Shown one piece after another: positions 16,458 through 25,455 of a DNA stretch of 30,148 nt. Position 1 is the stretch's first letter. Each line of letters begins with the position of its first letter. The stretch lies in the NCBI GenBank assembly GCA_049314435.1, contig JBMOFD010000014.1:1-30148 (forward strand), given 5' to 3'. The position numbers were made by a program, and so were the translations under genes. The notes under the pieces were generated by a model that was not told where the DNA came from, did no database searches, and saw nothing but the letters and a program-made list of their open reading frames with translations. The stretch comes from Chlamydiia bacterium. GTDB lineage: Bacteria; Chlamydiota; Chlamydiia; Chlamydiales; JBMOFD01.

Positions 16458-17909
16458 TCACCCCAACAGACCTGGCGCCTCTAAGCAATCTCTGAGATCC
16501 ACCGCTCGATATAGCAAAGGACTCTCCTCTACAGCTGGAGAGACTCCTCCTATATGGAAGAGAGCCAAGGCCTTTCCAAACCCTTTTGGCACCTCGAGTG
16601 CATCGCTCTTCTCCTTCAGCTGGGTAAGCACGTTGGAACCTAGTTCGTTCCTGCTAAACTTGAACTCACACAAGATCAGGCTGTTCATAGCTGTCTGAAC
16701 TAGATAGTCGATCTGACAACCTTTTCTCCGTGCCGTAGCTTTCTGGATGAAGGGGTTGTCTCGGACGATGGTGGAGGGATCCAGACCCAACGTCTGAAAC
16801 AGAAAATCTCTATTGGCGAGCAGCAAACTCTCTAGCTGAAATCCCATGATCGAATCCCAGCCAGGCAGGTGCCCTGCCATTGTCTTTCTGTAGCTGCCCT
16901 GCTCGATGAGAGCTCGATTGGGCTCTACATACTTGAGCTGGAACCTCAGGAAGCAGTCGCTCAACCGATAGAGCCGCTGCCTACTCATGGCGCCATCCTT
17001 CAAGGACCACTGGTAGTGTTCAGAGATGAACCCTGCGGCCACTAGATTCTTGAGCTGCTGACTGAGAGCGCCCCCCTTCTCAAGTTTCAGCTCCTCGCGG
17101 ACCTCCTGCTGTGATCGCATCCCCTCGACCAAGACCTGCAGAATCCTCCGATAGGACTCCCCCTTACGATCAAATAGATCATGGAAGATGGTCTGAAACT
17201 CGTTGATCAGCTGGCTAACCGGCTCAAAGCAAAGCTCATAGATGTTTTTGTCAGCGCTCTCCTTGGGATTAATCAGGTCCAGATACCAGGGAATTCCTCC
17301 CGTCACGGACAGAATTTTCAATACCTCATAGATCGATCCGGAAAACCCCTTCTCTCGTAAAAACAGGACCGACTCTTGCAGAGACAGCGGCTGTAGGTGA
17401 AGAACTAAGGATATCCGACCCACAAAGCCCGTACTCGCCAGAATATTTTGCTCAATCCACGTGGAAATCGAGCCACATAGAATGAGGATCAATCCTTGCT
17501 TGTGGCTAGCCTCCTGGTCCCACCAGGTTTTGAGCGATCCTAGAAAGCTAGGATCTAGGCCGCCCATCCAAGAGATCTCATCGAGCAGGACGACTACTTC
17601 CTCATTTTCGGGGATCTGGGCTCCCAAGAATCTGAATGCATCGGACCACGTGACGAAGGTGACGCGAGGAAGACCCAACTGGACACAAAGCTGATCCCCA
17701 AATTCGTCCCTCTGTTTCTGTTGGGACATTCCCGGATCCGGGGGAAGTCCCGATAGAGAGATCAGCCTCTTTCCCCTGGCAAATCTTCTGACCAGAGTAC
17801 TTTTCCCCACCCGCCTCCGTCCCTTGATCACGACAAGAGAAGCCCGTTTGAGCCGCTTCAATCGCGTCAATCGCTCCAATTCCCGCTTTCGACCAAGAAA
17901 TAACTCCAT
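16458..17909 (-). CDS. ATPase_2 (archaeal-type P-loop ATPase) + winged HTH + C-terminal PD-(D/E)xK-like (DUF234-like) protein
   Basis: FLGRKRELERL, Walker A GRRRVGKSTL, Walker B VVLLDEISW, LILCGS, LQPLS and TGGIPWYL. HTH RSQQEVREELKLEKGGALSQQLKNLVAAGFI, then YRLSDCFLRF and QIDYLV...ILCEFKF. ATG 17909 after GGAGG. Confidence 0.88.
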   Translation of the reverse strand: MELFLGRKRELERLTRLKRLKRASLVVIKGRRRVGKSTLVRRFARGKRLISLSGLPPDPGMSQQKQRDEFGDQLCVQLGLPRVTFVTWSDAFRFLGAQIPENEEVVVLLDEISWMGGLDPSFLGSLKTWWDQEASHKQGLILILCGSISTWIEQNILASTGFVGRISLVLHLQPLSLQESVLFLREKGFSGSIYEVLKILSVTGGIPWYLDLINPKESADKNIYELCFEPVSQLINEFQTIFHDLFDRKGESYRRILQVLVEGMRSQQEVREELKLEKGGALSQQLKNLVAAGFISEHYQWSLKDGAMSRQRLYRLSDCFLRFQLKYVEPNRALIEQGSYRKTMAGHLPGWDSIMGFQLESLLLANRDFLFQTLGLDPSTIVRDNPFIQKATARRKGCQIDYLVQTAMNSLILCEFKFSRNELGSNVLTQLKEKSDALEVPKGFGKALALFHIGGVSPAVEESPLLYRAVDLRDCLEAPGLLG

Positions 17910-17931
17910 AGCTGACCTCCGCACTAGAGCA

Positions 17932-18064
17932 ATTCTATCATTTGGGGATTTTCTTTGAACATCGATTTACATCACCTAATCGACATACACAGCTTTAGGG
18001 AAATTCTAACTACCGGCCATTCTATCACCTAATCGACATTTGTCGATTAGGTGATAGAATGGCC
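17932..18064. promoter_or_regulatory. Palindromic promoter/operator array upstream of the ATPase gene
   Basis: 24-bp perfect inverted repeat at 18015-18038/18041-18064. A 16-bp copy of part of the arm, ATCACCTAATCGACAT, at 17971-17986. A 9-bp copy, ATTCTATCA, at 17932-17940. Confidence 0.8.
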
Positions 18065-18162
18065 CAGGGCCCAGACGCCCCTCCGTCCTTACAATCCATG
18101 CAGATCGACTAGCATCCCTTCCCTTTCCCGCTCTATACTTTCCCTAGTATCAGGGGGCTAGC

Positions 18163-18741
18163 ATGCGCATTTCAGGAGGAGAACTACGGGGGCGGATGCT
18201 CCGCGGCCCCAAGGGCGATCAGACCCGACCAACGAGCACTCTCGTGCGAGCGGCGATCTTCAACATTCTGGGGAATGATCTCTCTGGCGGACGAGTTCTT
18301 GATCTCTTTGCTGGAGGCGGAGGACTGGGCATCGAGGCCCTCAGTCGAGGAGCTTCTCACGCCGTCTTTGTTGAATCACATCGACTTGCCCTAGATGCTC
18401 TTCGAAATAATCTACGAGACTGCGGCCTAGAGGAGCGCGCTACAGTTCTTTCCGTACCGGTCTCTAAAGCTTGGAATCGCTTGGAGCAGGAAGCCCCCTT
18501 TGATTGGGTCTTTGCCGACCCTCCCTACGAACTCATCATCGAAGGACAGCCAGCAGCTCTTTGGACCGCTCTTCATGTCCTTCGAGCTCCTTGGATACGA
18601 CCCTCGACGAGGATCATTATCGAGAGTCATCAGCCACCTGATCCACTGATCGTGGAACAGATGGCTCTTCCCATTCAGCAGGTGCGCCGCTATGGCAGCA
18701 CCCACTTGTGGCTATTGAAAGGCGCTCTAGAAGAGAGCTAG
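18163..18741 (+). CDS. rsmD: 16S rRNA m2G966 methyltransferase RsmD
   Basis: MRISGGELRGR, TRPT...VRAAIFNIL, VLDLFAGGGGLGIEALSRGA, VFADPPY and RRYGST motifs. Confidence 0.95.
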   Translation: MRISGGELRGRMLRGPKGDQTRPTSTLVRAAIFNILGNDLSGGRVLDLFAGGGGLGIEALSRGASHAVFVESHRLALDALRNNLRDCGLEERATVLSVPVSKAWNRLEQEAPFDWVFADPPYELIIEGQPAALWTALHVLRAPWIRPSTRIIIESHQPPDPLIVEQMALPIQQVRRYGSTHLWLLKGALEES

Positions 18742-21467
18742 ACGCGTCGGCCTTTTTCGTAGCGGCTCACCTGGATCGACCCATCCGCTTGTACGACACG
18801 CTTCTCGCCGTGTAGTTGGTCCTGGTCGAACGTCTGCTCCAGACGGAGGCTCCCCTCATCGGCATACTTAGCGAAGCGTCCCTGACGTAGCCCGCGCTCA
18901 TATTGCCCCTCGAAAACGAGGATACCCTTTTCGTTCCACTCCGCAGCCTTGCCCTCTAGAAGATCTTGCTGATAGTGCTTTAGAGAGGAGAGCACGCCTT
19001 CCAAGAAGAAGGAGCGCTCCTCCCCTTGCCGACGACCCGCGATGTAGTGCGTCTGCTTCTTGGGCTTTCCATTGGGGTAGAATTGGGTCATCCAGCCATC
19101 ACGTTGATCGTTATGGAACTCCGCTTCCATGACGAGTACGCCCTTATCATCGAAGTAGCGGGAGGTCCCCTCTTTTTTACCCAAATGGAAGGGGGTCTCT
19201 ACGGCTAGCTGCCCGTTGGGATGGAACTCGGTGAGAAGCCCTTCGAGTAGATCGTTGTGATAGGCGGTCGACAGCACGACAAGTCGTTCTCCCCCCTTAT
19301 ACATCGCGACCTCATGTGGTCCCTCACGACGATTGTGGTCGTAGTGGTACACCACCTCTCGACCATCGGGCCTGCGCTCCATAAAGCGTCCATGCAGGTA
19401 GCCTTCTGTATAAAAAGCCTCCTCATGAAGCCTTCCTTGTGCATCCCAAGTAGCCTTCCGTCCATCTAGAGTACCGTGTCGGTATTGGGTCAGAGCCGCG
19501 AGGCGGCCCTCTGGAGTGAAGGCCTCCTGATCCCCATCCAAAAGCCCCTTATCATCGTATCGACCAATCCGTGCATAGCGAGCTTCCTCGCCCTCTTTCG
19601 TGCGAGGGAAATAGTCAATATGCTCACCGACAGGTTTTCCTTCTTGCCAAGACCCTACAAAGGCAACTGTACCATCTTCAAACCAAGCCTCTGCACGGCC
19701 GGTGCGGGCATCCTGTCTATATTCCTCTCGTCGAGCGAGTCGGCCATTCGGGTGGTAGACCTCATCATACCCATTGCGTACCCCTTTCTGAGCCGTCAAT
19801 CGGTGTCGGAGAGTCCCCAACTCATCCCACTCCTCTAACGTCCCATCCAGGGTGCCTTGAGAGAAGGTCGCTTTGCTGATCAGCTGACCTTTGTCATTCC
19901 ATTCATTGATCTTTCCGTCGCGCTTACCCTTTTGGAACTGACCCTCGAAGGCAAGCTGGCCATTGGGGTGCCAACGTCGCGTAGGACCCTCCTGCTCTCC
20001 AGCATGGAAAGCTGAACTCAAGAGCAGAGTCCCCGTCTCATTCCACTCCTCCACAAGACCGTTGAGTTGATCCATCTCAAAGGTGCGCTTCGATTGTAGA
20101 TGCCCGTTCGCCAAGTAGCGCTCGAACACACCCTGCTTTTTACCAGCAATGAAACCGCCCTTGAACTTCTGAGTCCCATCTGGGTAGTACTCCAGAAAAG
20201 GTCCATCTAGCTGTCCATGCACATAATGGCTCTCCTGCAGCAGGGATCCAGAAACGTCCCACTCACGAACCAGTCCCTCAACCAGACCCTTGGTCACATG
20301 GATCTCTCGCTTAAGATGACCGTTAGGCCACCACTCGCGAACCGGCTCGATGGCCGTTCCCTCTTGGTCAAATAACGCCTGATAGATGCGCGGGCTCTCC
20401 CCATCTGCATTGGGCTGAGCGGCATATTTCTTATGCTCACCCACTCCTAGTCCGTGAACCCACTGGGCATGGCCGATCTCCAGACCATCCTCTGACCACC
20501 AAAACTCTGAACCGTCGAGTTTACCGTCTACATAGTGAGCTCGATGGCTTTCACGACCGCTGGGGAAGTATTCGATCAGCGACCCTTGGCGCTCACCGAG
20601 ATGGTATTCACCCGTTTCGATGAGAGCTCCTGTTGCATCGTATCGAATGAGTGCAGGCGTCTCGCCCATACCCTCGAGCTTCCCAGCCTCAAATCTCTGA
20701 GACATCTCTAGGTGGCCGGCCTCGTCCCACTGCTGAGCGATGCCCTGCAGCTGGCCCTGCACAAAGGGCAATTGCTTGGCCTTCGCTCCACTTGGGTAGT
20801 AGGCAATGCTAGGCCCCTCCCTAAGACCATTCTCGAAGTGGCTCTCCTCGATACGCTGTCCATCAGGACTGAACTTCTCAAACAGACCTACCTGCGCCCC
20901 ATGCACAAAGGTAGCTGCGGTCTCTACCTTCCCATTTTCATGGAAGGTCCTCATATGACCATGCATCTTGCCCTTGTGGAAATTCGCCATCTGCTTCATC
21001 ACCCCATTGGGATGCTGCAGCACAAAGGCTCCATGGAACGTAAAGGGCGTCTGCAGCCCCATCTCCTTCGCCTCCTCAGGAGTGAGCGCGATGAGGTCGG
21101 CCTCAGAACGCACCTTCCCATCGGGGAAGAAAGAGAGAAGCTTCACAGCACGTACTTGAAGCGTCGGAGCGTCTAAGTCGGGTTCAACAAAGAGAACCTC
21201 AAGCGCTTCACCATTCGGATAGTGCTGCAGAATACGAGTCTGCCAAGTGGGCTGTCGCTGACGTGGCGGCGGTAAGCTCTCCTCAGCCGTCACTTCCTCT
21301 GACCATGCCTGGCTGCTCATCGCTCCTAGCATCGTGATGAGAAGAGCCTGGCTTCTCTTCAGCCATCGACGCCAAGCCCGATTACCTCGAGCGGGTCGCT
21401 GGTTCGTTTCAGTCTGGATGATCTCGGGCTGCGAGAATGGGAAGAAGTGACGGAAGGCATCGCACAT
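18738..21467 (-). CDS. Large MORN-variant repeat (YwqK-like) protein, probably exported
   Basis: Tandem ~22-25-aa repeats such as GPFLEYYPDGTQKFKGGFIAGKKQ and GPTRRWHPNGQLAFEGQFQKGKRD over ~750 aa. Signal-like segment RRWLKRSQALLITMLGAMSSQAWS. Start uncertain. Confidence 0.88.
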   Translation of the reverse strand: MCDAFRHFFPFSQPEIIQTETNQRPARGNRAWRRWLKRSQALLITMLGAMSSQAWSEEVTAEESLPPPRQRQPTWQTRILQHYPNGEALEVLFVEPDLDAPTLQVRAVKLLSFFPDGKVRSEADLIALTPEEAKEMGLQTPFTFHGAFVLQHPNGVMKQMANFHKGKMHGHMRTFHENGKVETAATFVHGAQVGLFEKFSPDGQRIEESHFENGLREGPSIAYYPSGAKAKQLPFVQGQLQGIAQQWDEAGHLEMSQRFEAGKLEGMGETPALIRYDATGALIETGEYHLGERQGSLIEYFPSGRESHRAHYVDGKLDGSEFWWSEDGLEIGHAQWVHGLGVGEHKKYAAQPNADGESPRIYQALFDQEGTAIEPVREWWPNGHLKREIHVTKGLVEGLVREWDVSGSLLQESHYVHGQLDGPFLEYYPDGTQKFKGGFIAGKKQGVFERYLANGHLQSKRTFEMDQLNGLVEEWNETGTLLLSSAFHAGEQEGPTRRWHPNGQLAFEGQFQKGKRDGKINEWNDKGQLISKATFSQGTLDGTLEEWDELGTLRHRLTAQKGVRNGYDEVYHPNGRLARREEYRQDARTGRAEAWFEDGTVAFVGSWQEGKPVGEHIDYFPRTKEGEEARYARIGRYDDKGLLDGDQEAFTPEGRLAALTQYRHGTLDGRKATWDAQGRLHEEAFYTEGYLHGRFMERRPDGREVVYHYDHNRREGPHEVAMYKGGERLVVLSTAYHNDLLEGLLTEFHPNGQLAVETPFHLGKKEGTSRYFDDKGVLVMEAEFHNDQRDGWMTQFYPNGKPKKQTHYIAGRRQGEERSFFLEGVLSSLKHYQQDLLEGKAAEWNEKGILVFEGQYERGLRQGRFAKYADEGSLRLEQTFDQDQLHGEKRVVQADGSIQVSRYEKGRRV

Positions 21468-21539
21468 GGCTGATACTCTCTTAGTAGGTCTGGTTCGCTT
21501 GAACTATAGACGAGAAGGGTCAGGACTGCGAGCCCCAAT

Positions 21540-21591
21540 CGGAGCTCCGCTCCGAACCTTGGCCGGAGGATTCCATCCTCCGGACCTCCTA
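21540..21591. repeat. Dispersed two-hairpin (REP-like) element, copy A
   Basis: CGGAGC-tcc-GCTCCG...CCGGAGGAT-tcc-ATCCTCCGG-ACCTCCTA. 21541-21591 is identical to 25497-25547 at 42 of 51 positions. Confidence 0.8.
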
Positions 21592-21732
21592 TATGAGCGA
21601 CGACATACAGCTAGGTCCTACACACGTAAATACTATTTTACAAACCAGACTCGCCATTCCACAGAATCTTTGTTACAATGAACACCCTCAGAAGAGCTAA
21701 TGGAGTCAGCGACTCCTACCATAGAGGGCTAT

Positions 21733-22731
21733 ATGCTAGGGCGTACCATTGTTGTGGTTGGATTGTGTGGGATGCTGGCCTTGGTCGGCTGTCGCTCTTC
21801 GAATCAAGAAGAAGCGCATCAGAAATCGCGCGTCGCCGTGACGCTGGCGCCCTATCGCTACTTTGTTGAGCGGATCGCCGGAGACTTGGTCGAAGTCGAC
21901 ATTGTGGTCCCCGCGGGAGCTGACCCTCATACCTTTGAACCGACGCCTCAGCAGCTGGAAGCGGCGATGCATGCCAAGGTATGGTTCTGCATCGGGGAAC
22001 CCTTCGAACGCCGGATGAAGCACAGCCTTCGGACTCACCGGAGAGATCTTCTGATCGCTGATCTTCGAGAAGGCTGGGAGGGATCGCTCCATGCCCACCA
22101 GCACGCCAACCACCAGCACGAACATGGCGAATGTCCGGGGTGTGGTCAGCAAGACCGACACCTGTGGATGAGCCCTCGTCGCGCAGGTCATCAGGCGGCT
22201 TTCATTGCCAAAACGCTATCGAGAGCCTTTCCTGAGCATAGAGACGCATTCCAAAAACGACTTGTCATCTTCCAGAGAGATCTGAGCAAGCTCACTCAGG
22301 ATTTGGAAGAGCAGCTGAAAACGGTGAATGACCGCTGGATACTCGTCTCGCATCCGGCCCTTGGGTACTTCTGTGAGGACTTTGGTCTCCATCAGCTCTC
22401 ACTCGAAGTAGAAGGCAAGGAAGCCACTCCCCAGCAATTGGCCCACCTCATCGAGGAGGCCAAGCATCTTCCCCTTCGCTGTGTGATCACGCAATCGCAA
22501 CATAACCCAGCGGGGGCCCGTTGGATTGCTGAGCAACTGGGACTGCAGGCGCATCCCTTCGATCCCTACAGTGCTGACTACATGAACAACCTGCGCTCCA
22601 TTGCAGGTCTCTTTTCTACCGCCCGCTTGTGCACGCCCCCTGCGCCCTCAGGGTTGGAGGAGAGTGTGCAACAGTGTGTCGGTGGCGGACCTGAGTCGGT
22701 GGGGGCCTGCGTGGGAGCGGCTCATGGCTGA
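21733..22731 (+). CDS. znuA: Zn/Mn ABC transporter substrate-binding lipoprotein (ZnuA/TroA family)
   Basis: Lipobox LALVGC, GADPHTFEPTP, His-rich loop, DRHLWMSP and VSHPALGYF. Start taken at MLGRT (21733) after AGAGGG. Confidence 0.88.
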   Translation: MLGRTIVVVGLCGMLALVGCRSSNQEEAHQKSRVAVTLAPYRYFVERIAGDLVEVDIVVPAGADPHTFEPTPQQLEAAMHAKVWFCIGEPFERRMKHSLRTHRRDLLIADLREGWEGSLHAHQHANHQHEHGECPGCGQQDRHLWMSPRRAGHQAAFIAKTLSRAFPEHRDAFQKRLVIFQRDLSKLTQDLEEQLKTVNDRWILVSHPALGYFCEDFGLHQLSLEVEGKEATPQQLAHLIEEAKHLPLRCVITQSQHNPAGARWIAEQLGLQAHPFDPYSADYMNNLRSIAGLFSTARLCTPPAPSGLEESVQQCVGGGPESVGACVGAAHG

Positions 22732-23479
22732 TAAAGCCATCGAGGCTGTCGGCGTTCACTTTGGCTATCGTCCCGATGAACCGATCCTACAGGATGTCCA
22801 CTTCGCGATTGAGACGGGGAGCATTGTTGCCTGTATAGGGCCTAACGGCGGGGGGAAGACCACTCTCCTCAGGCTGCTTCTTGGATTCTTACGGCCTAAC
22901 CGTGGGACCCTCCGACTGCATGGCCTGCCCGTGCAGGCCCATCGCGCCTGTGTGGCCTACGTCCCTCAGATGCAGGTCCATGATCGCCTATTCCCAGTGA
23001 CCGTCGAAGATGTTGTTCTGATGGGCCTGCTACGAGATCTCTCCTGGTGTGGCCGCTTCTCTTCGCAGCAGAAGGCAGCCGCCCATGCGATCTTGGAACG
23101 AGTCGGATGTGACCACCTCATCCATGAGCCCTTTGGGAATCTCAGCGGAGGACAAGCTCAACGCGTTCTCATCGCTCGAGCCCTCGTCTCGCAACCGCGT
23201 ATCCTCCTTCTCGACGAGCCGACCGCGAGTGTCGATCCCGCAGCAGAGGGCATGATCCTCGATTTGATCTGCTCTCTTCGTGGTAAGACCACAGTCCTTC
23301 TTGTAACGCATGACCTGCACACCGCCCACCGCTATGTAGACCAGGTGCTCTGCATCCATCGCACCGCGAGCATGTACCACCCGAGTCATCTGTGTGAGCA
23401 CTTTAGCCTAGGGCTATACCACCCGGTATCGCTTGGGAAGGTCTTGGCTAGTCGGCTCCAAGCTGAGGCGCCTGTCTGA
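22724..23479 (+). CDS. znuC: Zn/Mn ABC transporter ATP-binding protein
   Basis: GPNGGGKTT, YVPQ, LSGGQAQRVLIARAL, LLLDEPT and LVTHD. Start MADKA (22724) overlaps the znuA stop. Confidence 0.9.
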   Translation: MADKAIEAVGVHFGYRPDEPILQDVHFAIETGSIVACIGPNGGGKTTLLRLLLGFLRPNRGTLRLHGLPVQAHRACVAYVPQMQVHDRLFPVTVEDVVLMGLLRDLSWCGRFSSQQKAAAHAILERVGCDHLIHEPFGNLSGGQAQRVLIARALVSQPRILLLDEPTASVDPAAEGMILDLICSLRGKTTVLLVTHDLHTAHRYVDQVLCIHRTASMYHPSHLCEHFSLGLYHPVSLGKVLASRLQAEAPV

Positions 23480-24345
23480 TGTTTTCCGCTATCGCCCCCT
23501 GGTTCACCCTCCCGTTTTTACAGATCTCCCTCTTAGTTGCCCTGGCTGCCAGCCTTTCGGGATCTCTAGTTGGCACCTACGTAGTGACCAAGCGCATCAC
23601 CATGATCGCTGGGACTCTGAGTCACGCTGTGCTGGGCGGCATGGGAGCTTGCCTCTATATGGATCGAGTCCATGGACTCAGATGCCCCCCTCTTTGGGGT
23701 GCGCTGATCTCTGCACTCCTCATCTCGCTTCTTCTAGGATGGCTCCATCGGCACCATCGCCAACGCGAGGACGCGGTGATGTCGATCATCTGGGCTGTTG
23801 GCATGGCGATCGGGATCATCCTGATCTCCTGCACACCCGGCAGCAACGTCGACATCCTCTCGTTTCTCTTTGGGAATCTTCTCTGGGTCGACATGACAGA
23901 CCTCGCTCTGCTCGGAGGTCTTTGTGTAAGTCTCTTTGTGATTCTATGGCTGTTCCATCGCCGGTTCACGGCGATCTGCTTCGATGCTGATCAGGCAGAA
24001 CTGCAGGGGATCGCCGTTGGGCGCACCTATCAATTATTGTTGATGCTGATCGCGGTCACCGTCGTCGTCTTAACCGCCGTGGTGGGATCGGTCTTAGTGC
24101 TGAGCCTGCTCACTCTTCCACCCTGCATTGCTGCGCTTTTCCAACGACGTATCATGGGGATGATGGTGACTTCGTGTGTGATCGGATGCAGCCTCTGTCT
24201 GATGGGGCTCTTCGTCAGCTATCCACTCGACTGGCCACCAGGCGCTACGATCGCGCTCCTGTCAGGTGTGGCTTATGGAGTCGCCCTGCTCGTTCCTTAT
24301 GCTCGAGCAGGCTTGCGATCCATCAGGAAAGTTCCGACTGCCTAG
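23479..24345 (+). CDS. znuB: Zn/Mn ABC transporter permease (ABC-3 family)
   Basis: GTYVVTKR...SHAVLGG, REDAVM, FLFGNLL, FDADQAELQGI and DWPPGATI. Confidence 0.9.
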   Translation: MFSAIAPWFTLPFLQISLLVALAASLSGSLVGTYVVTKRITMIAGTLSHAVLGGMGACLYMDRVHGLRCPPLWGALISALLISLLLGWLHRHHRQREDAVMSIIWAVGMAIGIILISCTPGSNVDILSFLFGNLLWVDMTDLALLGGLCVSLFVILWLFHRRFTAICFDADQAELQGIAVGRTYQLLLMLIAVTVVVLTAVVGSVLVLSLLTLPPCIAALFQRRIMGMMVTSCVIGCSLCLMGLFVSYPLDWPPGATIALLSGVAYGVALLVPYARAGLRSIRKVPTA

Positions 24346-25427
24346 AGTTCGTCGGAACTCATCTCCGGTTCATACTGCTCTTCGCGAGTCGCCTCTTCAA
24401 CCAAAGTTTCCCGTTCAGCCTTAGGACTGGGCACAGACCAGACCTTTGCAGCATGTTGCAGGAGATAGTCTCGTAGAGCCTGGATCCCGGTGCCCTCTTG
24501 AGCGCTCACGAGGAAGATCGGCCAACGACCCTTGTACTGAGCCACAAACTGAGCAGGCACCTCGTCGGAGATATCGATCTTATTGAGGACAATGAGAGAC
24601 GGCTTGTCGAGGAGATCCGGACGGTAGGCCTTCAGTTCAGCCTCCAGAGTGGCGAGATCCTGAGCAGGATCGCGCTCCTCAAAACCACCCGCATCCAGCA
24701 CATAGAGCAGCAGTTCAGTGCGCTCGATGTGCTTCAAGAACGCAAAGCCTAAACCGCGATTCTCATGCGCACCCTCGATGATCCCAGGGATGTCGGCAAC
24801 AAGCACACGAGCTCCCCGTTCTCCCATGATGAACCCCAAGTTGGGGCGCAACGTGGTGAAGGGATAGGCTGCAATCTTCACAGAAATCTGCGTCAAAGCC
24901 TGTATCAACGTCGACTTCCCAGCATTAGGGAACCCAACCAGACCACAGTCAGCGATCAGCTTAAGCTCGAGCTCAATCTCTCGAGCCTCGCCCGGCTCAC
25001 CAGGAGTGCAAAGATAGGGAGCTTGTTGCGTGGCACTGCGGAATCGGTGATTCCCAAATCCACCCTTGCCACCACGACATACGATGAAACGCTGTCCGGA
25101 GTGCACGATGTCTTGGATGACCTCTTTCGTCTGAGCATCCCGAACCACCGTTCCACATGGAACCTTCAGGATCAGGTCGACGCCTGAGCGCCCCTGTCTG
25201 CAGGCGGCTCCGCCCGCATCTCCACTCCGCGCCGACATCTGCCGGCGGTTGCGGAACCCTTCCAGGCTATAGACCTGGTCGTCCGCTTCCAGGATGACCG
25301 ATCCACCTCGTCCACCATCTCCACCCACGGGGCCGCCCTTAGGGATATATTTCTCCCGACGCCATGCAATGACGCCAGGCCCCCCTGAGCCCGCTTCCAA
25401 CGTGAGTGTCACAAAATCAACAAACAT
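24342..25427 (-). CDS. obgE: GTPase ObgE/CgtA
   Basis: MFVD...RREKYIPKGGPVGGDGGRGG, GLVGFPNAGKST, YPFTTLRPNLG, DIPGIIEGA and NKID. Start moved to ATG 25427. Confidence 0.97.
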   Translation of the reverse strand: MFVDFVTLTLEAGSGGPGVIAWRREKYIPKGGPVGGDGGRGGSVILEADDQVYSLEGFRNRRQMSARSGDAGGAACRQGRSGVDLILKVPCGTVVRDAQTKEVIQDIVHSGQRFIVCRGGKGGFGNHRFRSATQQAPYLCTPGEPGEAREIELELKLIADCGLVGFPNAGKSTLIQALTQISVKIAAYPFTTLRPNLGFIMGERGARVLVADIPGIIEGAHENRGLGFAFLKHIERTELLLYVLDAGGFEERDPAQDLATLEAELKAYRPDLLDKPSLIVLNKIDISDEVPAQFVAQYKGRWPIFLVSAQEGTGIQALRDYLLQHAAKVWSVPSPKAERETLVEEATREEQYEPEMSSDEL

Positions 25428-25455
25428 AAAAAAACCCTGCCAACAGACAGGGCTC
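25428..25455 (-). terminator. Intrinsic terminator-like hairpin between rpmA and obgE
   Basis: Minus strand GAGCCCTGTC-tgtt-GGCAGGG-TTTTTTT followed directly by the obgE ATG. Confidence 0.7.

Noticed and set aside
17971..18064. Repeats upstream of the ATPase as a mini-CRISPR array or IS terminal repeats
   Set aside because: Only two direct copies of 16 bp plus an inverted copy, with no regular spacers, cas genes, transposase, or matching repeat at the other end of the gene.
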